A stretch of 64,000 bases of DNA from Gracilinanus agilis (Eukaryota). Where the stretch lies: assembly GCF_016433145.1 (NCBI RefSeq), contig NC_058130.1:631537608-631601607 (forward strand), in the 5' to 3' direction. Shown piece after piece: positions 50,792 through 63,250 of the stretch. A program made the position numbers and the translations under genes. A model generated the notes under the pieces. That model saw only the letters and a list, made by a program, of their open reading frames with translations, was not told the origin of the DNA and did no database searches. How positions within the stretch are numbered: position 1 is the stretch's first letter; every line of letters starts with the position of its first letter.

Positions 50792-51779
50792 ATGTAATCC
50801 AATATCTTCACTTTGTAAGTAAGGAAACTAAGGTCTAGACAGGTTGGTGATTTGATCAAGGTCACATAGGGAGTAAGTAGCAGAGAAAGCATTTTAACTT
50901 AGGTCTTCTGCCTCCAAATTGACTGCAGTTTCCTCTATTCTTCCTTGAATTTCTCAATTAGTCATAAAATAAGCAAAGAATGAAGTAGGATTGTTTAAGC
51001 TGATGAGTCCTATATAATTACAGGGAAGAATATTAGTTTAGTTCATTTGAAGAGGGTTATCTTATGCTGATGCCTCAACTAGGTTTAATTTCAGAAACAT
51101 TCAGGTTCTACCAGGTTCTCTTTACCTGGAAGACCTTCAAATAAGGTCCTAGTGACAAGTGATTGGCTATTCGATGATATCTCATCTAAGTAAATTGAGG
51201 CTTAAGAGCAGCATAGTTATCACAAGTTGATGTACTCAGCAATTCATGTCGGATTAAGAAGATGAAAATACAAAATAGCTCTTCGTCCAGTGCCTTTTTT
51301 TAAATTTAATTTTAATTTTTTAGTGAATAAAATTTTATTTTCTCTCTTTCCCACCTTCTCTCTCATTGTGAGAAAAAGAAAAACAAAAAGAAGCCCTTAT
51401 AATGATACAAAGTAATGATAATGATATAAGCATTTATATGTCACTTTTAGATTTTCAAAACATTTTACAAATATCTCATTTTGCCCTAGTGAAAAAAACA
51501 AACAAAACAAAACGCATAACCAAAATTCATAGCAAAAAAAATAATAATGATGATAATAGTATAATATTTAAATATTACTTCATGGTTTTTGAGGCATTTT
51601 AAAAATCTCTCATTTTTTCTTCACAGCAGAACTGGAAGGTAGGTGCAATTATTGTCTACACTTTATAGATGAGGAAACTGAAACAGATAGAGGTTGTGTC
51701 TTGACAAAGGCCATGAGTCCAGTAAATATCTAAGGTGGCAGAGTTAAGAAAATCAAATTTTTGCATTGGCTCTCTCCAA

Positions 51780-52330
51780 AAAGTGTGTGTTTCATTCCAC
51801 ACCTTGAGTCCATCCTCTCTCTGTGAGGAGATGAATAAAGTTTTATCTGGAGTCCTCTGGACCATTATGTTGACTAAATTTAATCAGTCTTTCTAATTTG
51901 TTTATCTTTTAAATGTGGTTGTTATTGTACAAATTGTTCTTCTGGTTCTGCTTACTTCTCCTTGTATCAGTTCATGCCATTCTTCACAGGTTTTCCTAAA
52001 ACCATCTCTTTTTTTGTCATTTTTCATAGCATAGTAGCATTCCATTCCATTCCATTCCTTTACCATAATTTGTTCAGTCATTCTGTAAATGATAGGTATC
52101 TCCTCTTCCAGAATTCCCCATTCTTTGTCACTACAAAAAACGCAACCATAAATATTTTTGTATAGTGAGGTCCTTTTCCTCTTTCTTTGGTATTTTTGGA
52201 GAAATAGCCCTAGTAATAATATTTCTGGTACAAAGAGTCTGCACACTTCAGTAACCTTTGGACACACGTCCAAGTTGCTTTCCGGAATGATTAGACCAAT
52301 CCATTGCTTCACCAACAGTGCATTAATGTG
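51780..52330 (-). mobile_element. Old L1 3' fragment
   Basis: gttctgcttacttctccttgtatcagttcatg...ccaagttgctttccggaatg; ORF-track 51902..52315 shows L1 ORF2-like YAMKND...ELIQGEVSRTRRT. Confidence 0.8.
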
Positions 52331-52799
52331 TGAAGTGATTTTTTTTTTTTGCTTTATCTCTAACAGTGCATAGCATAGTATTGGGGAACAAAGAGCAGAA
52401 AGTACTTAGGGTCTCATAGCTTTTAGAATATCTACAAACATACATGTAAACATTTTTAAGTGATATTTTTTTGTCCAACAAGAAATCCAGTGCTCTACTA
52501 CTTGAAAATATGAGCTTTTTCCCCCTGCACTAATATTCTTGCTACGTAGTAAAATCAGAAGACATAAAGAGGTTTTAATTAAATGAAAAAATGGCTCATA
52601 GGTTGTCCTTCGACAAGCAAATGAAGAAATTAGTTTGAACTCATACCAAGAGCGAACAAGAAACATAATTTCATGGGACCCTTTGGGATCTCACCCCATC
52701 ATATCTGATCTCATGATGAGCACCAATGACGAAAATGTTATAAATGTTGTTATAGCGTATGCTTTAACCTTTATTTCAGTGAATGAAGTAAACAATTAT

Positions 52800-52975
52800 T
52801 TCTTAAAACCCTTAACTTCTGTCTTAGAATTAAAACTGTATATTGGTTCCAAAACAAAAGGGCAATAAGACCTAGGCAAGGGGGGTTAAGTGACTTGCCT
52901 GGATCATATAGTTAGGCTGAGTCTGAGGTCAGATTTGAACCCAGGGCCTCTTGTCTCTAGACCTACCTCTAAATC
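52800..52975 (-). mobile_element. MAR1-type SINE
   Basis: ttaaaacccttaacttctgtcttagaatt...gtctgaggtcagatttgaaccc. Confidence 0.85.
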
Positions 52976-53329
52976 CAAGGTAAATAATTCTTATAAAGAA
53001 CATGACAGGATCTTGTAAATTGAATCGACATGTACTTGATACCCAGTAACTTCAATGTGAAAATGGGCATGGAAAGATGATAAAGACTATGCTTTCAGAT
53101 ATGGATTGGAATTTTCTAAAATGAGAAGTGAAATGCTTATAGATTACTCTCATATCTGCAATATCATGAATATTTTCTTTATAAAAAGATTGAGAAAAAG
53201 ATAAATGTGGCAAGTACAAAATGACATCATGAAAAATGAAATTGGCTACTTCATAATGGAAAGAAAGAGGTTCCTAGTGTGAGAGCTATTTCCAAATCAG
53301 CTGCTTACATACAGTCAGAGCTAAGGTGA

Positions 53330-54200
53330 AAATTATCCTTTTTTTCTCAAATTAGTTTTAAGGACAGGAAGCCCTTGTTTGCAAAGCCAATATCTCCAAC
53401 CCAACTTACTTAAATGAAGTGTTGACTTAAATGAATGAAAGAAATGAGGATTTAGTGGACTACAAGATCAATATGAATATTAGGATAATTTCCACTGTAC
53501 TCTGCCATTTGCAGAACTAATCTGGAGTATTTTGTTTGGTTCTGAGTGCCAAAAGGACATTGATAAACTCAAGTGTGTCCAGATAAGGGTAACCACGATG
53601 GCAGAAGTCTTTGAGCTTTATGATGTATGAGAAGTTGAAAGAATTAGGCATTACCACTTCTCATGTATAAATGAGATCAGACCGTTTGTTTTCCCAAGGG
53701 GTGAGGGAGGGGTAGAAGGGCAGAGAATTGGAACTTAAAATAAAAAACAAACAAATGTCAAAAACTTTTAAAAAACTATAATTGGAAAGTATTTAATGAA
53801 ATAAAAATATTGTTTTATTTTTTTTAAAGAAGGAACTAGACATGGTTAGCCAACAGAAAAGAAGGCTCAAGGGACATTATAGTCTTAAGTTTTGAAGTGC
53901 TAGATTAGATTTATTCTTTCTACTCTAGAATGCAGAACCAGTGCCAACTGATAGAAGTTGCCTAAGAGGCAAATTTAGGTTTGATGACATGAAACATTTC
54001 CCAACAATTAGAAATATCCATTAGTAGAATGGGCTACTTTAAATAGAGGTGGGTTGCCCATCCATAGAGGTCTGCAAAAAGAAATTGAACAGTCACTTGT
54101 AGAATATGTTATAATGGAATTTCCTTTTGTATGTGAGTCAGACTAGATGGCCAAATCAATCACTTTCTGCTTTCAAATTCTATGATTCTGTGACCCCTCC
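53330..54200 (+). mobile_element. L3/CR1 relic interrupted by an L1 tail (~53645-53825)
   Basis: ctggagtattttgtttggttctgagtgcc...gacattgataaactc...aaatttaggtttgatg. Confidence 0.7.
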
Positions 54201-54209
54201 CCAAAGAAA

Positions 54210-56510
54210 TAGAGAATGGAAAACAGGGAAAGATATCGACTCTACCACTATTTTCTGGAAAAGTTAAACCAAATGTTAAACAGTTGCCACAGTGAGAAGA
54301 GCAGAAGAGACCAGAAATCTTTATCAGTAAGAAGACAAAATATCCTTACTGAGAAGAAACATGTCAGGCAAGGGCAACTCCTATTTAGAATAAAATCTCA
54401 TTTGTATAATGTTACATAAGAGGAAGAAGATGGAAGTATACTAACCATCTATTCTCACTAAACAGCAAAAATTGTTGACTGCAGAAAAAAAGGCCACAGA
54501 AAGCTTGTAATAAACCCCAACTAAGCTATATTCTTCTGAGAATCTTTATAAAATGAAACTGGAAAGACAAAAGTAAATATATATGAAATGGAACAGATGT
54601 ACCACTAGTTTTATAGAAATCTATTTTCATCATCAATACCATAGAGTCACTACATGGGGGGATCTATTTCCTTATTGCAAAGTCTCTAACACACAAACTG
54701 ATGAAGAAATAGAGGTAGCCCATAAAAAAATAAAATTAGGTGAAATTTCAAGTTGGGTCTTACCAAATAGGTGGAGGAGAAATTTGCATAGGAAGAAACA
54801 CAATTTTAGAGGAATTCAAGCATTTGAAAGATATTTAAAATGAGATAAATTCCTAAAGAAGAGAAAACAATTATCATTAACATCATTAACTAAACTAAAC
54901 CACAGACATAACTGTTTTTTGGTTCTTCTGATTATAAGTACCAATTACTGTAGAGAATTTCCAATAAGAAATCCAGATGTCAGAGTGATCTTCTAGGTGA
55001 TAAGGTTCTCTAGATGTTCCTGTTTGTGACTGACACTACTGATTTCACCAGTCACATACTATAGAACTTTCTCAATGAGATCTTCAACTAATATCAATCA
55101 AGACTATCAATTTACATAGTGGATGAAGAATGCCTATTGTATAGATTATGACAATAATTGGAGAGGTAGTCTACTCTTATCTTGCACTATAGGTGTACAA
55201 TAAGCTTGTTTGGGAGTGAATTATGGGGAATAGAGTAGCCTGAATCACATTTGGGAAATTATACATTGTTTTTTAGTAAACCTGACCATCAAAAGCCATC
55301 TTTTTTATTACCAGCAATTTCCTGCTTAATTTATATAACTGCGAATCATTGGTCATCACTCTCTGAATAATATCTTAGTTGCACGAGACACAAGGGATGA
55401 TGTAAGAAAGACACATGGTGTAAAAAATGTCTATAGTACACATATCCCTTTCTCATCACAACTTTCCCCATTGTGGTTTGATATTTTGCAGGTTGGTATG
55501 AGAAATTAAATGTGAATTTGGGGGAGTTTTGCAGAAGTTGTAGACCACATGTGAAGGTCAGCAAATGACACATAAGAAATTTAGAAGCTTGGAAATGCAT
55601 ATTTACCCTAAAATTTACAACAAGATACTGTGAACACCCCACAAAAGAAAAAGAAAAAATTCAGACTTTATCTGGGACAAAGGGAGGGCCAAATATTTTT
55701 ATGTGGATTTCCATATCATGGGGACTCTGTGTTCCTAACCCTCTCCATATGGATGGGATGACTGCATATTACCAAAGAAGACAAGACATAGAATCAAAGG
55801 CATTCTTTCAGGGCATTCAGTATTTGAGTACCTGCTTTGTGCCAGGTAGTGTTCTATGTATTAGGGATACAAAGGCAAAATCAGAGTCCTTGACCTCAAG
55901 AAGTTTATATTCTTATTCTGGGAAAGTATGTACAAAATAGCATCAGGAATATGGATACAGATACATGTTTATTGAAGATGCAGAAAAGCAAATTTTTGTC
56001 ACCAAAATCTTTGGCACTGTCAAAGAATTCAACATTGGAAATTGACCTGATTTTATCAGAGGAAATAATATTAAATAAAAAGGCATTACCATCTGCTTTG
56101 TAGCTGTGTCCTGAGGACCAGGAGATCTTTCCATCTGACTTGCTGCTGAAACTTCTCTTTATTTTCTTTGCCACAAGAATGTGAACTCCTTAAGAGTTGC
56201 CTCTTTAGAGCTTTGCATATAGTAAATGCATAAATAAATAGTTGCATTGTTCACTTGTCCATTTATTCATTCATGTATGACCTAAAAAGGTGAGCCCAAT
56301 CACTCTCTGAGATCTCTTCCAATTCTGAACCCTATGATCCTAGAAGAGCAAGTGATTACAGATGAGCTATACCAGCATTGTATAGATATTCACAAAATAT
56401 TAAAATACTCTGCAGAGGATTTAAGGAAGAATATAGACTACAATTGCACAGGATGAAAAAATATGGGCATATTGGGATCTCCATCAAGAAAAGGATATTT
56501 ACCCTGATGA
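54210..56510 (+). mobile_element. Highly decayed, fragmented RTE-clade LINE relic
   Basis: EEIEVAHKKIKLG resembles RTE EVExALKKMKLGK; RTE-like tail gcacaggatgaaaaaatatggg...cctgatgaaat at ~56445-56515. Confidence 0.45.
55439..55764. mobile_element. Tigger-type (MarsTigger-like) MITE
   Basis: TA flank at 55437; termini ...tatccctttctcatc / atatggatgggatgactg; interior gaaattaaatgtgaatttgggggagttttgcagaag. Confidence 0.7.
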
Positions 56511-56859
56511 AATGTAGTTTGATGGAAATATTAAAGAAACTTATGATAGAGTCACTAAGAAATAGCATAGACGTGTGTATATAATGATGACATCGATTTA
56601 GCTTCTATAACGGAAATGTCCTAGAGAGGAAGGTAGTGGTGCAGTGAGTGGAAATAATACTTGTCTTGGAATCAAAAGACCTGAATTTGAATTTTGAATC
56701 CAACACTTTTTAGATGTGTGACCTTGAACAAGCCACTTAAACTTTATGATTCTCAGTTCCCTAATCTGAAAAACGGGGACAATAAGCTGCCCAATATCTA
56801 CCTTGTGGGATTGTGGTGAGGCAAGAACTTTGGAAACGTGAAAGTGCCCTAAAACAGGA

Positions 56860-57150
56860 CCATTCTGAAGGACTTAGGAAAAAGAATGCTATCCACCTCC
56901 AGACTGTTGGAGCAGGAATGCAGATGAAAATATAGGATTTATCACTTGTTTTATGTTTTGGGGTTTTGGTTTTATAAGATTACTCACTTAAAAAATGAAT
57001 AGTATGGAAATAATTTTTGTGTGATAATACGTATATAACCCAGATCGAATTGCTTGTCAGCTCCAGGAGGGGGGAGGGAAGAAAGGAGGGAGACAATTTG
57101 AATCTTTTAACTTTGGAAAAGTTATATGGAAATTCATTATTAAAAAAATT
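56860..57150 (+). mobile_element. L1 3' UTR fragment
   Basis: aagaatgctatccacctccag...ataacccagatcgaattgcttg. Confidence 0.8.
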
Positions 57151-57358
57151 TTAAAAGAATGTTAAATGGGGAAAAACTGATTCTGTTACAGTTTTTCAGG
57201 ATAGAAAGCAGACTTAATCATGTTGAATGTCTTGCCAAAGGTCAGCTGGTCGATCAATAAGCATTTATTCGACCCCTACTATGTCAGGTACTGTGCTAAG
57301 TGCTGGAAAAGCAAAAGGCAGTCCTTGCCCTGGAGAAATGCCCAGCCTAAGGGAGGAT

Positions 57359-57810
57359 ACAAGGTACATCTAGGCTATACACACATACGTCTATATATAT
57401 TTAATATAATTTATATATCATATAAATATGCTGAAGTGCATACCAATAAGATATATATAGGATGTAAATACACACATATGCATATAAGAATATATATTTA
57501 TATATCATATAAGTATGTACAAATACATATAAACAAGGTACATATAGGATACAACTATACACATATATAATATAATTTGTATATCATATAAATATAAATA
57601 CAAACAAGGTACAGATAGGATATAGATTTAATACATATAATTTTTATATAATATATTTAAGAAAATGCATACTTATATAATACACACTGCATATAAATTC
57701 ATATATTTATATGACATGTATAAAATACACATATACGGTGTGGTTGTTAATGTTTTTAAGTGCACATATAGACATATACATACACATATACATACATACA
57801 TGTATGTATA
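57359..57810. repeat. AT-rich low-complexity / degenerate minisatellite
   Basis: Recurrent acaaggtaca(t/g)xtagg...atataattt...tatatcatataa. Confidence 0.75.
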
Positions 57811-57944
57811 TATTTGTCAAAGGTTCAGGAGCAGAGCCCAACCTAGTGTTCATTCTTTGACATTATGTGATATGAAAATGGCTTAATACCAGGCTAAAGT
57901 TTAAGTGTAGAAATTATATTTTATTTCATTTTATTATTATTATT

Positions 57945-58140
57945 TTTTAAAACCCTTACCTTCCATCTTTGGGTGAATACTGTGTATTGATTCTAAGGCA
58001 GAGGAGTGGTAAGGGTAGGCAATGGGGGTCAAGTGACTTGTCCAGGGTCACACAGCTAGGAAATGTCTGAGGTCGGATTTGAACCCAGAATCTCCTGTCT
58101 CTAGGCCTGGCTCTCAATGCACTGAGCCACCCAGCTGCCT
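57945..58140 (-). mobile_element. MAR1-type SINE (a second copy on + at ~58175-58330)
   Basis: ttttaaaacccttaccttccatc...gagccacccagctgcc. Confidence 0.88.
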
Positions 58141-58520
58141 CTTAGAAATTACATTTTAAAAGAGAATGAGACAGGCAGGTAGCACAGTGAATAGTATGCC
58201 AGGCCTGGAGTCAGGAGGACCTGGGTTCAAATTTGACCTTAGACTCTTCCTAACTGTGTGATCCTGGATAACTCACTTTACCCTCTTTGCCTTAGAATTG
58301 ATACTAAAATAGAAAGCAAGGATTAAAAAAGAGAGAAAATAGAAGTATTTTTAAGCAACTCTTTTGACACTTTTTGACAGTGTTCTTGTCTCTTGCTGAT
58401 TGGGTAGTTGCTCATCTGTACTCAAGAAACTTTCCACCCCTTTCCTAATAGCCTTTTCTTGGCTAGACAGAGGGCATCATTGGATTTAGGGCCAGAAGGA
58501 GCTTTAAAGATCACTGAGGC

Positions 58521-58703
58521 CAATGATGTCAAACTTAGCTAGAAACAGTGAACACTAAACTGTACATAAAGATCCTTGTGGGCCATATATTGACCCAGAA
58601 AACCACTTCTTAATAATATCAATGCTTTGTTTTATTTCTATTTTTTTACTTAAACATTTTCCAATCACATTTTAATCTCGGTTGGGGTTGTTTGATCCCT
58701 CTG
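58521..58703. mobile_element. hAT-type MITE inside a MIR
   Basis: caatgatgtcaaac ... gtttgatccctctg; MIR sequence resumes on both sides. Confidence 0.6.
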
Positions 58704-59872
58704 ATATAGCCCAAACTTCTCCCTTTACAAATGAAATAATTGAGTCCTATCAGGTGGAAAGTATTAAGAACTGGGTTCAAATGGAAGGTCCTTTGGCTCT
58801 GAATACACACCACATCGTGTACTTTAAGGATGAAAAACCCTTTCAAATAAGTCTAAAAGATTTAAGCGAAGCACAATTAGTTCCAGTCCTAGCTCACTGC
58901 ACCCTCCTCCTCATCTCCCCACTCCCCCCTTGTTCCTCTCCTACCCCCTTGAGGTCCTTCCAGTTCAGGACAGACAAGCCCAAGGAACTAACTTGAAGAT
59001 GGGAGATAGTAGAAACCCCTTTCAGCCTTTTGGCTTCCATTTCCTTTGGCATATCAAACAAGCCTCTGCAAAAGTTCCCCCCCAAATCCAATGTGCTTTT
59101 TCAATGGTGCAAGAGACCTCTTTCTAGCCTTGCACTGCTTGCCTCCAAGCTAGTCACTCAAGACTGGAAGTTGTATTTCTTCCAAACACAGCAAGAGAGG
59201 ATTCTTATGTAGGGATCTGGACAAGTGGGCAGAGTTTTCCACATAGCTGGAGTTTAAAAAAATCTTTCTGGAAGGGGACAGAAAGCTGGAGAGAGAGCCC
59301 TGTGCTGTTGGCAGCCGCCTGAGGAGGCAGTGGTGGTGGTGGTGGTGGCAGTCAGTGGCTGATGGATGACTCTTTCCAGGAGACTGACTCTAAGCTCTGT
59401 ACTGGCTGGCACCTCGCTTCCTTTCCCTGGCTGGCTCCTCAGCTTATTAAAAGAATCCCAGAGAAAGGGACTGAATTCTGGCCTTTCAAAGAAACTACCA
59501 GAACAACGCTCTTCATCTCTTCTTTTTCTATTACTGCTCTACTAATGAGCTGAAAGGTTAATTACTAAGAGTTTCTTTCCTATTTAAATTTTTTTTTTCA
59601 CATTTTAAAAAACAACAGCTTGCTAGATAAGGATAACATAATTCAAACTAGATTCTAAGTTTGTGTTTTTGCAATAGGGGAATGTCAGAGAAGGAAGCAA
59701 AACCTGTGGAGATTTGATTGCACTAAATTTAACTGACTGGGAGATCAGTCTCCTAGCTTAGCAATCAACAGATTGCCTAGGAATGTTTTATGAAGAGGCC
59801 TTTTGTTTTTGTGTTTTTTAGTTTTAGTTTTGAAGGGAAAGGGACCCCCATGGACTTGAGACCTCTCTATAC

Positions 59873-60143
59873 CAGAAGTTCTCAAATTAAGGTCTAAGAA
59901 GTTCGATATACTTTCAAAAATGATTGAGGACCTCAAAGAACTTTAGTTAATATCAGTTATATCTATTAATATTTACCATATTAGAAATTTAAGTGGATAA
60001 AAATTTTAAATGTTATTCATTAAAAATATCAAAGAGCCCATTATATCTTAGCATGGCATATTTTTACAAAAGCAGCTGTATTTTCCAAAATAAAGAAATT
60101 CAGTGAGAATAGTGGCACTTAAAAAAATATTTTTTCAACCCTG
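59873..60143. mobile_element. Charlie1/MER33-like hAT element
   Basis: attgaggacctcaaagaac...gttatatctattaatatttaccatattagaaatt...gtattttccaaaa...agtgagaatagtggca matches the recalled Charlie1 left end. Confidence 0.65.
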
Positions 60144-60324
60144 AGCCAGTCACAGTGACCTCTGTGCCTGACACAGGAGCATTCATCCTGTGAAGGTTCA
60201 AAAATATATTGATGAGAGGAAAATAAGAGCAGTGGTTGAAAATAAACTTGGGACTACGGGAGAGGCAACTTCTTTTTCACTGAGTAAAAAAAAATGGTAG
60301 TAGTTGAGGGCAAACATCAGTTCT

Positions 60325-60930
60325 TTTATTTATTTATTTTATTTTTAGTCAAAGATATTTTATTTTCCCAATTACATGTAGTAACAATTTTCAACATATG
60401 TTTTCTACAATTATATGATCCGAATTTTCTCCTCCATCTTGGAGACAGTAAGCAATTTGATCTGGATTATATCTTTTTATCACGCAAAACGTACTTCCAT
60501 ATTGGCCATTGTTGAAAGAGAATATTTATGTAAAACCAAAACCCCCAAATACAACTGTAAATAAACTAATATGGAAGATTGTATGTTTTGATCCACATCT
60601 GACTCCAGCACTTCTTTCTCAAGATGGATGGCATTCTTTGTCATAAGTTCTTCAGAATTATCCTGGATTGTTGTATTGTTGAGAATAGCTAAGCCTATCA
60701 CAGTTGATCATCTCACAATATTGCTATTACTGTGTACAATGTTCTCCTGGTTCTGTTTATTCCACTTTGTATCAGTTCATGCAGATATTCCCAGCTTTTT
60801 CTGAAATCATCCTGCTTATCATTTCTTATAGCACAATAGTATTCCATCACCAACACATACCACAATTTGTTCAGCACTTCCCCAATTGATGAACATTCCC
60901 ATAGTTTCCACTTCTTTGCCACTACAAAAA
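60325..60930 (-). mobile_element. L1 3' fragment
   Basis: ORF-track 60713..60946 FVVAKKWKL...LNKLWY...MEYYCAIRND is the L1 ORF2 tail. Confidence 0.88.
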
Positions 60931-61304
60931 GACTATCGGCTACCATTTAAGCAACAGTCACACACACATGTGCTATAGCTGAGGGTCAATGGGGACTCAA
61001 GGTTTATTAGCATGTGGCTTAGCCTCAACACGGACATCATCATCATCCAGGATTCTCTGCTAGATTCTTTCACCAACTTTCATGCCCAGGAACACTCTTC
61101 CATTCATAATTAAATGACCTTGGAGTTGCAAGTCAACTGCCTGAACCACTTTTCAATTGAATTTGGGATGTATTTGAGGGAAAATGTCTGGCCTTCCCAT
61201 TTCAATGTTTGGCTGAATCCAAAATTAGTCAGACTTAGATTAGTATTATAAGGAGGGAGACCTATACAAGTCCCTGGATTGGAAAATGGAACTCACACTC
61301 CCAT

Positions 61305-61530
61305 GCTGTTGTTTAGTCGTTGTCAGTCAAATGCAACTCTCAATAACCTTTTTTTGTTTGTTTTCTTGGCAAAGACACTGGATTTGCCATTTTCTTCTCT
61401 AGATAAGAAAGGAGGCAAACAGGGTTAAGTGACTTGCCTAGGGTCACACAACTAATAAGCATCTGAACCCAGATAAGTCTTCCTGACTTCAAGCCCAGCA
61501 CTCTATCCACTGCAACATCTAGTTGCCCAA
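61305..61530 (-). mobile_element. MAR1 SINE with RTE-like tail
   Basis: gttgtttagtcg...ttttcttggcaaagacactgg...ccactgcaacatctagttgcc. Confidence 0.8.
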
Positions 61531-62109
61531 GTAAGCCCATACCTTTTGGTTAATAATACAAGCCTGAGGTCCTTTATATTCTTGGGGTGGAAAATTGGCT
61601 TATGGATTTAAGAACTGGAAGAGACCTCATAGTTGATCTAGTATAACCCATTCACTTTACAAATGAGGGAAGTGAGGCCAGAAAGGTTAGGTGGATTTAC
61701 TTAGCACAGTGCCTGGCTGGTACATAATATATATCATTATTATGTCAGCTAGCTCTGATATTAGCATTTTTTAAAAAGGGCTTCAAAACATTTTACAAAT
61801 GATTTGCCATTTGTACCTCACAACAACCACATGAGATAGATGCTCTTATCCCCATTTTACAGATGAGGAAAGTGAGATTAGAACCACACAGCTTAGCAGT
61901 GTCCGAGGCAGGTTTGAATTTGGGTCTTTCTAACTACTACTATCCCCTGTGCCATTAGGCTGCCTAGAGCTACTTAATAAATGTTGTTGATTGAATGTTT
62001 ATTTTCCAAGGTCATAGAGGCAACAGACATCATAGGTAGAATTTGAATTCTGATCCTTTAAGTCCAAAGTCAGTGCTTTTGTCTGCTGTATCTCACTGAA
62101 GAGAAGAAT

Positions 62110-62370
62110 CTTTTTTTCTTTATTTTAGAAAAATTTTCCATGGTTACATGATTCATGTTCTTACTTTCCCCTTCACCCCGCTTCACTACCTTCCTCCCCC
62201 ATATCCAATGCACATTTCTACTGGTTTTAACATGTGTCATTGATCAAGACCTATTTCCATATTATTGGTACTTGCACTGGTGTGGTCGTTTCGAGTCTAC
62301 ATCCCCAACCATGTCTGCATCAACCCATGTCTTCAAGAGGTTGTTTTTCTTCTGTTTCCACTCCTGTAAT
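62110..62370 (-). mobile_element. Short L1 3' UTR fragment (same subfamily as 42073-42472)
   Basis: agaaaaattttccatggttacatgattcatgttcttactttcccc. Confidence 0.85.
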
Positions 62371-62637
62371 TGGAAGAAGAATATCTTCATGGTTATGTGT
62401 TTCTGTGAGTCCTGGGTATTTTTCCGCAACCTTTCTGCAGAATGAAATGAAGACCATCCAACATATAATATTGTATGATTGAGTGCTTGCCAGGCACTAG
62501 AGCATTTTGACTCATATCTATGAAGATCTAAAAGCAAATTATATTCCAAAGATCCTGCAAGGAATCTTGGGTAGGGGCGAAAGAGTCAAATTCTGAGGTT
62601 TCCAGGGAAACTTGGATAGGAATAAAATCATCTAAAG

Positions 62638-62830
62638 CAGTGATTACTAAAGTGGGTGCCACTGCTCCCTGGTGGGTGCTGCAGTGATCCAGGGAGGCGG
62701 TGATGGCCACAGGTGCATTTATCTTTCCTATTAATTGCTATTAAAATTAAAAAAAATTAATTTCTTGGGGGCTAAGTAATATTTTTTTCCGGAAAGGGGG
62801 CAGTAGGCCAAAAAAGTTTGGGAACCACTG
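62638..62830. mobile_element. hAT-Charlie MITE (193 bp), second copy of 25421-25611
   Basis: TIR cagtgattactaaa / tttgggaaccactg; perfect 8-bp TSD atctaaag at 62630-62637 and 62831-62838. Confidence 0.93.
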
Positions 62831-63009
62831 ATCTAAAGGGATGGGACATTTTGCGAAACTTCCAAGATGGAACTCAGTTGATATAAATCAAAATATTGTG
62901 TTCTGGGCCATGGATCACATATAAATAATATTCTTATTCATTTCTAACCTAGTTCTGTCCTGTGGGCCAAGTCAAACAATCCCTGTTACGTGGGTGTTTG
63001 TGTGTGGTA

Positions 63010-63250
63010 TGTTTTCAGTTGTTTCCAGTCATGTCCAACCCTTTGTGACCCCATTTGAGGTTTTCTTGGCAAATATACTGGAGTTGTTTGTTATTTCCTT
63101 CTCCAGCTCATTTTAAAGATGAGGAAGTTCAGGCAAACAAGGTTAAGTGACTTGCCCAGAGTCACACAACTAGTAAGTGTCTGAGGCTAGATTTGAATTC
63201 AGGAAGAAGAGTCATCCTGACTCCTACCTCAGTGCTCTTTCCACTGCATC
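63010..63250 (-). mobile_element. MAR1 SINE with RTE-like tail, followed by an L3 fragment (~63250-63480)
   Basis: gtgaccccatttgaggttttcttggcaaatatactggag; then ttcaaatactggaaatc...ccagaactgaacacaatactctagatg. Confidence 0.8.
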
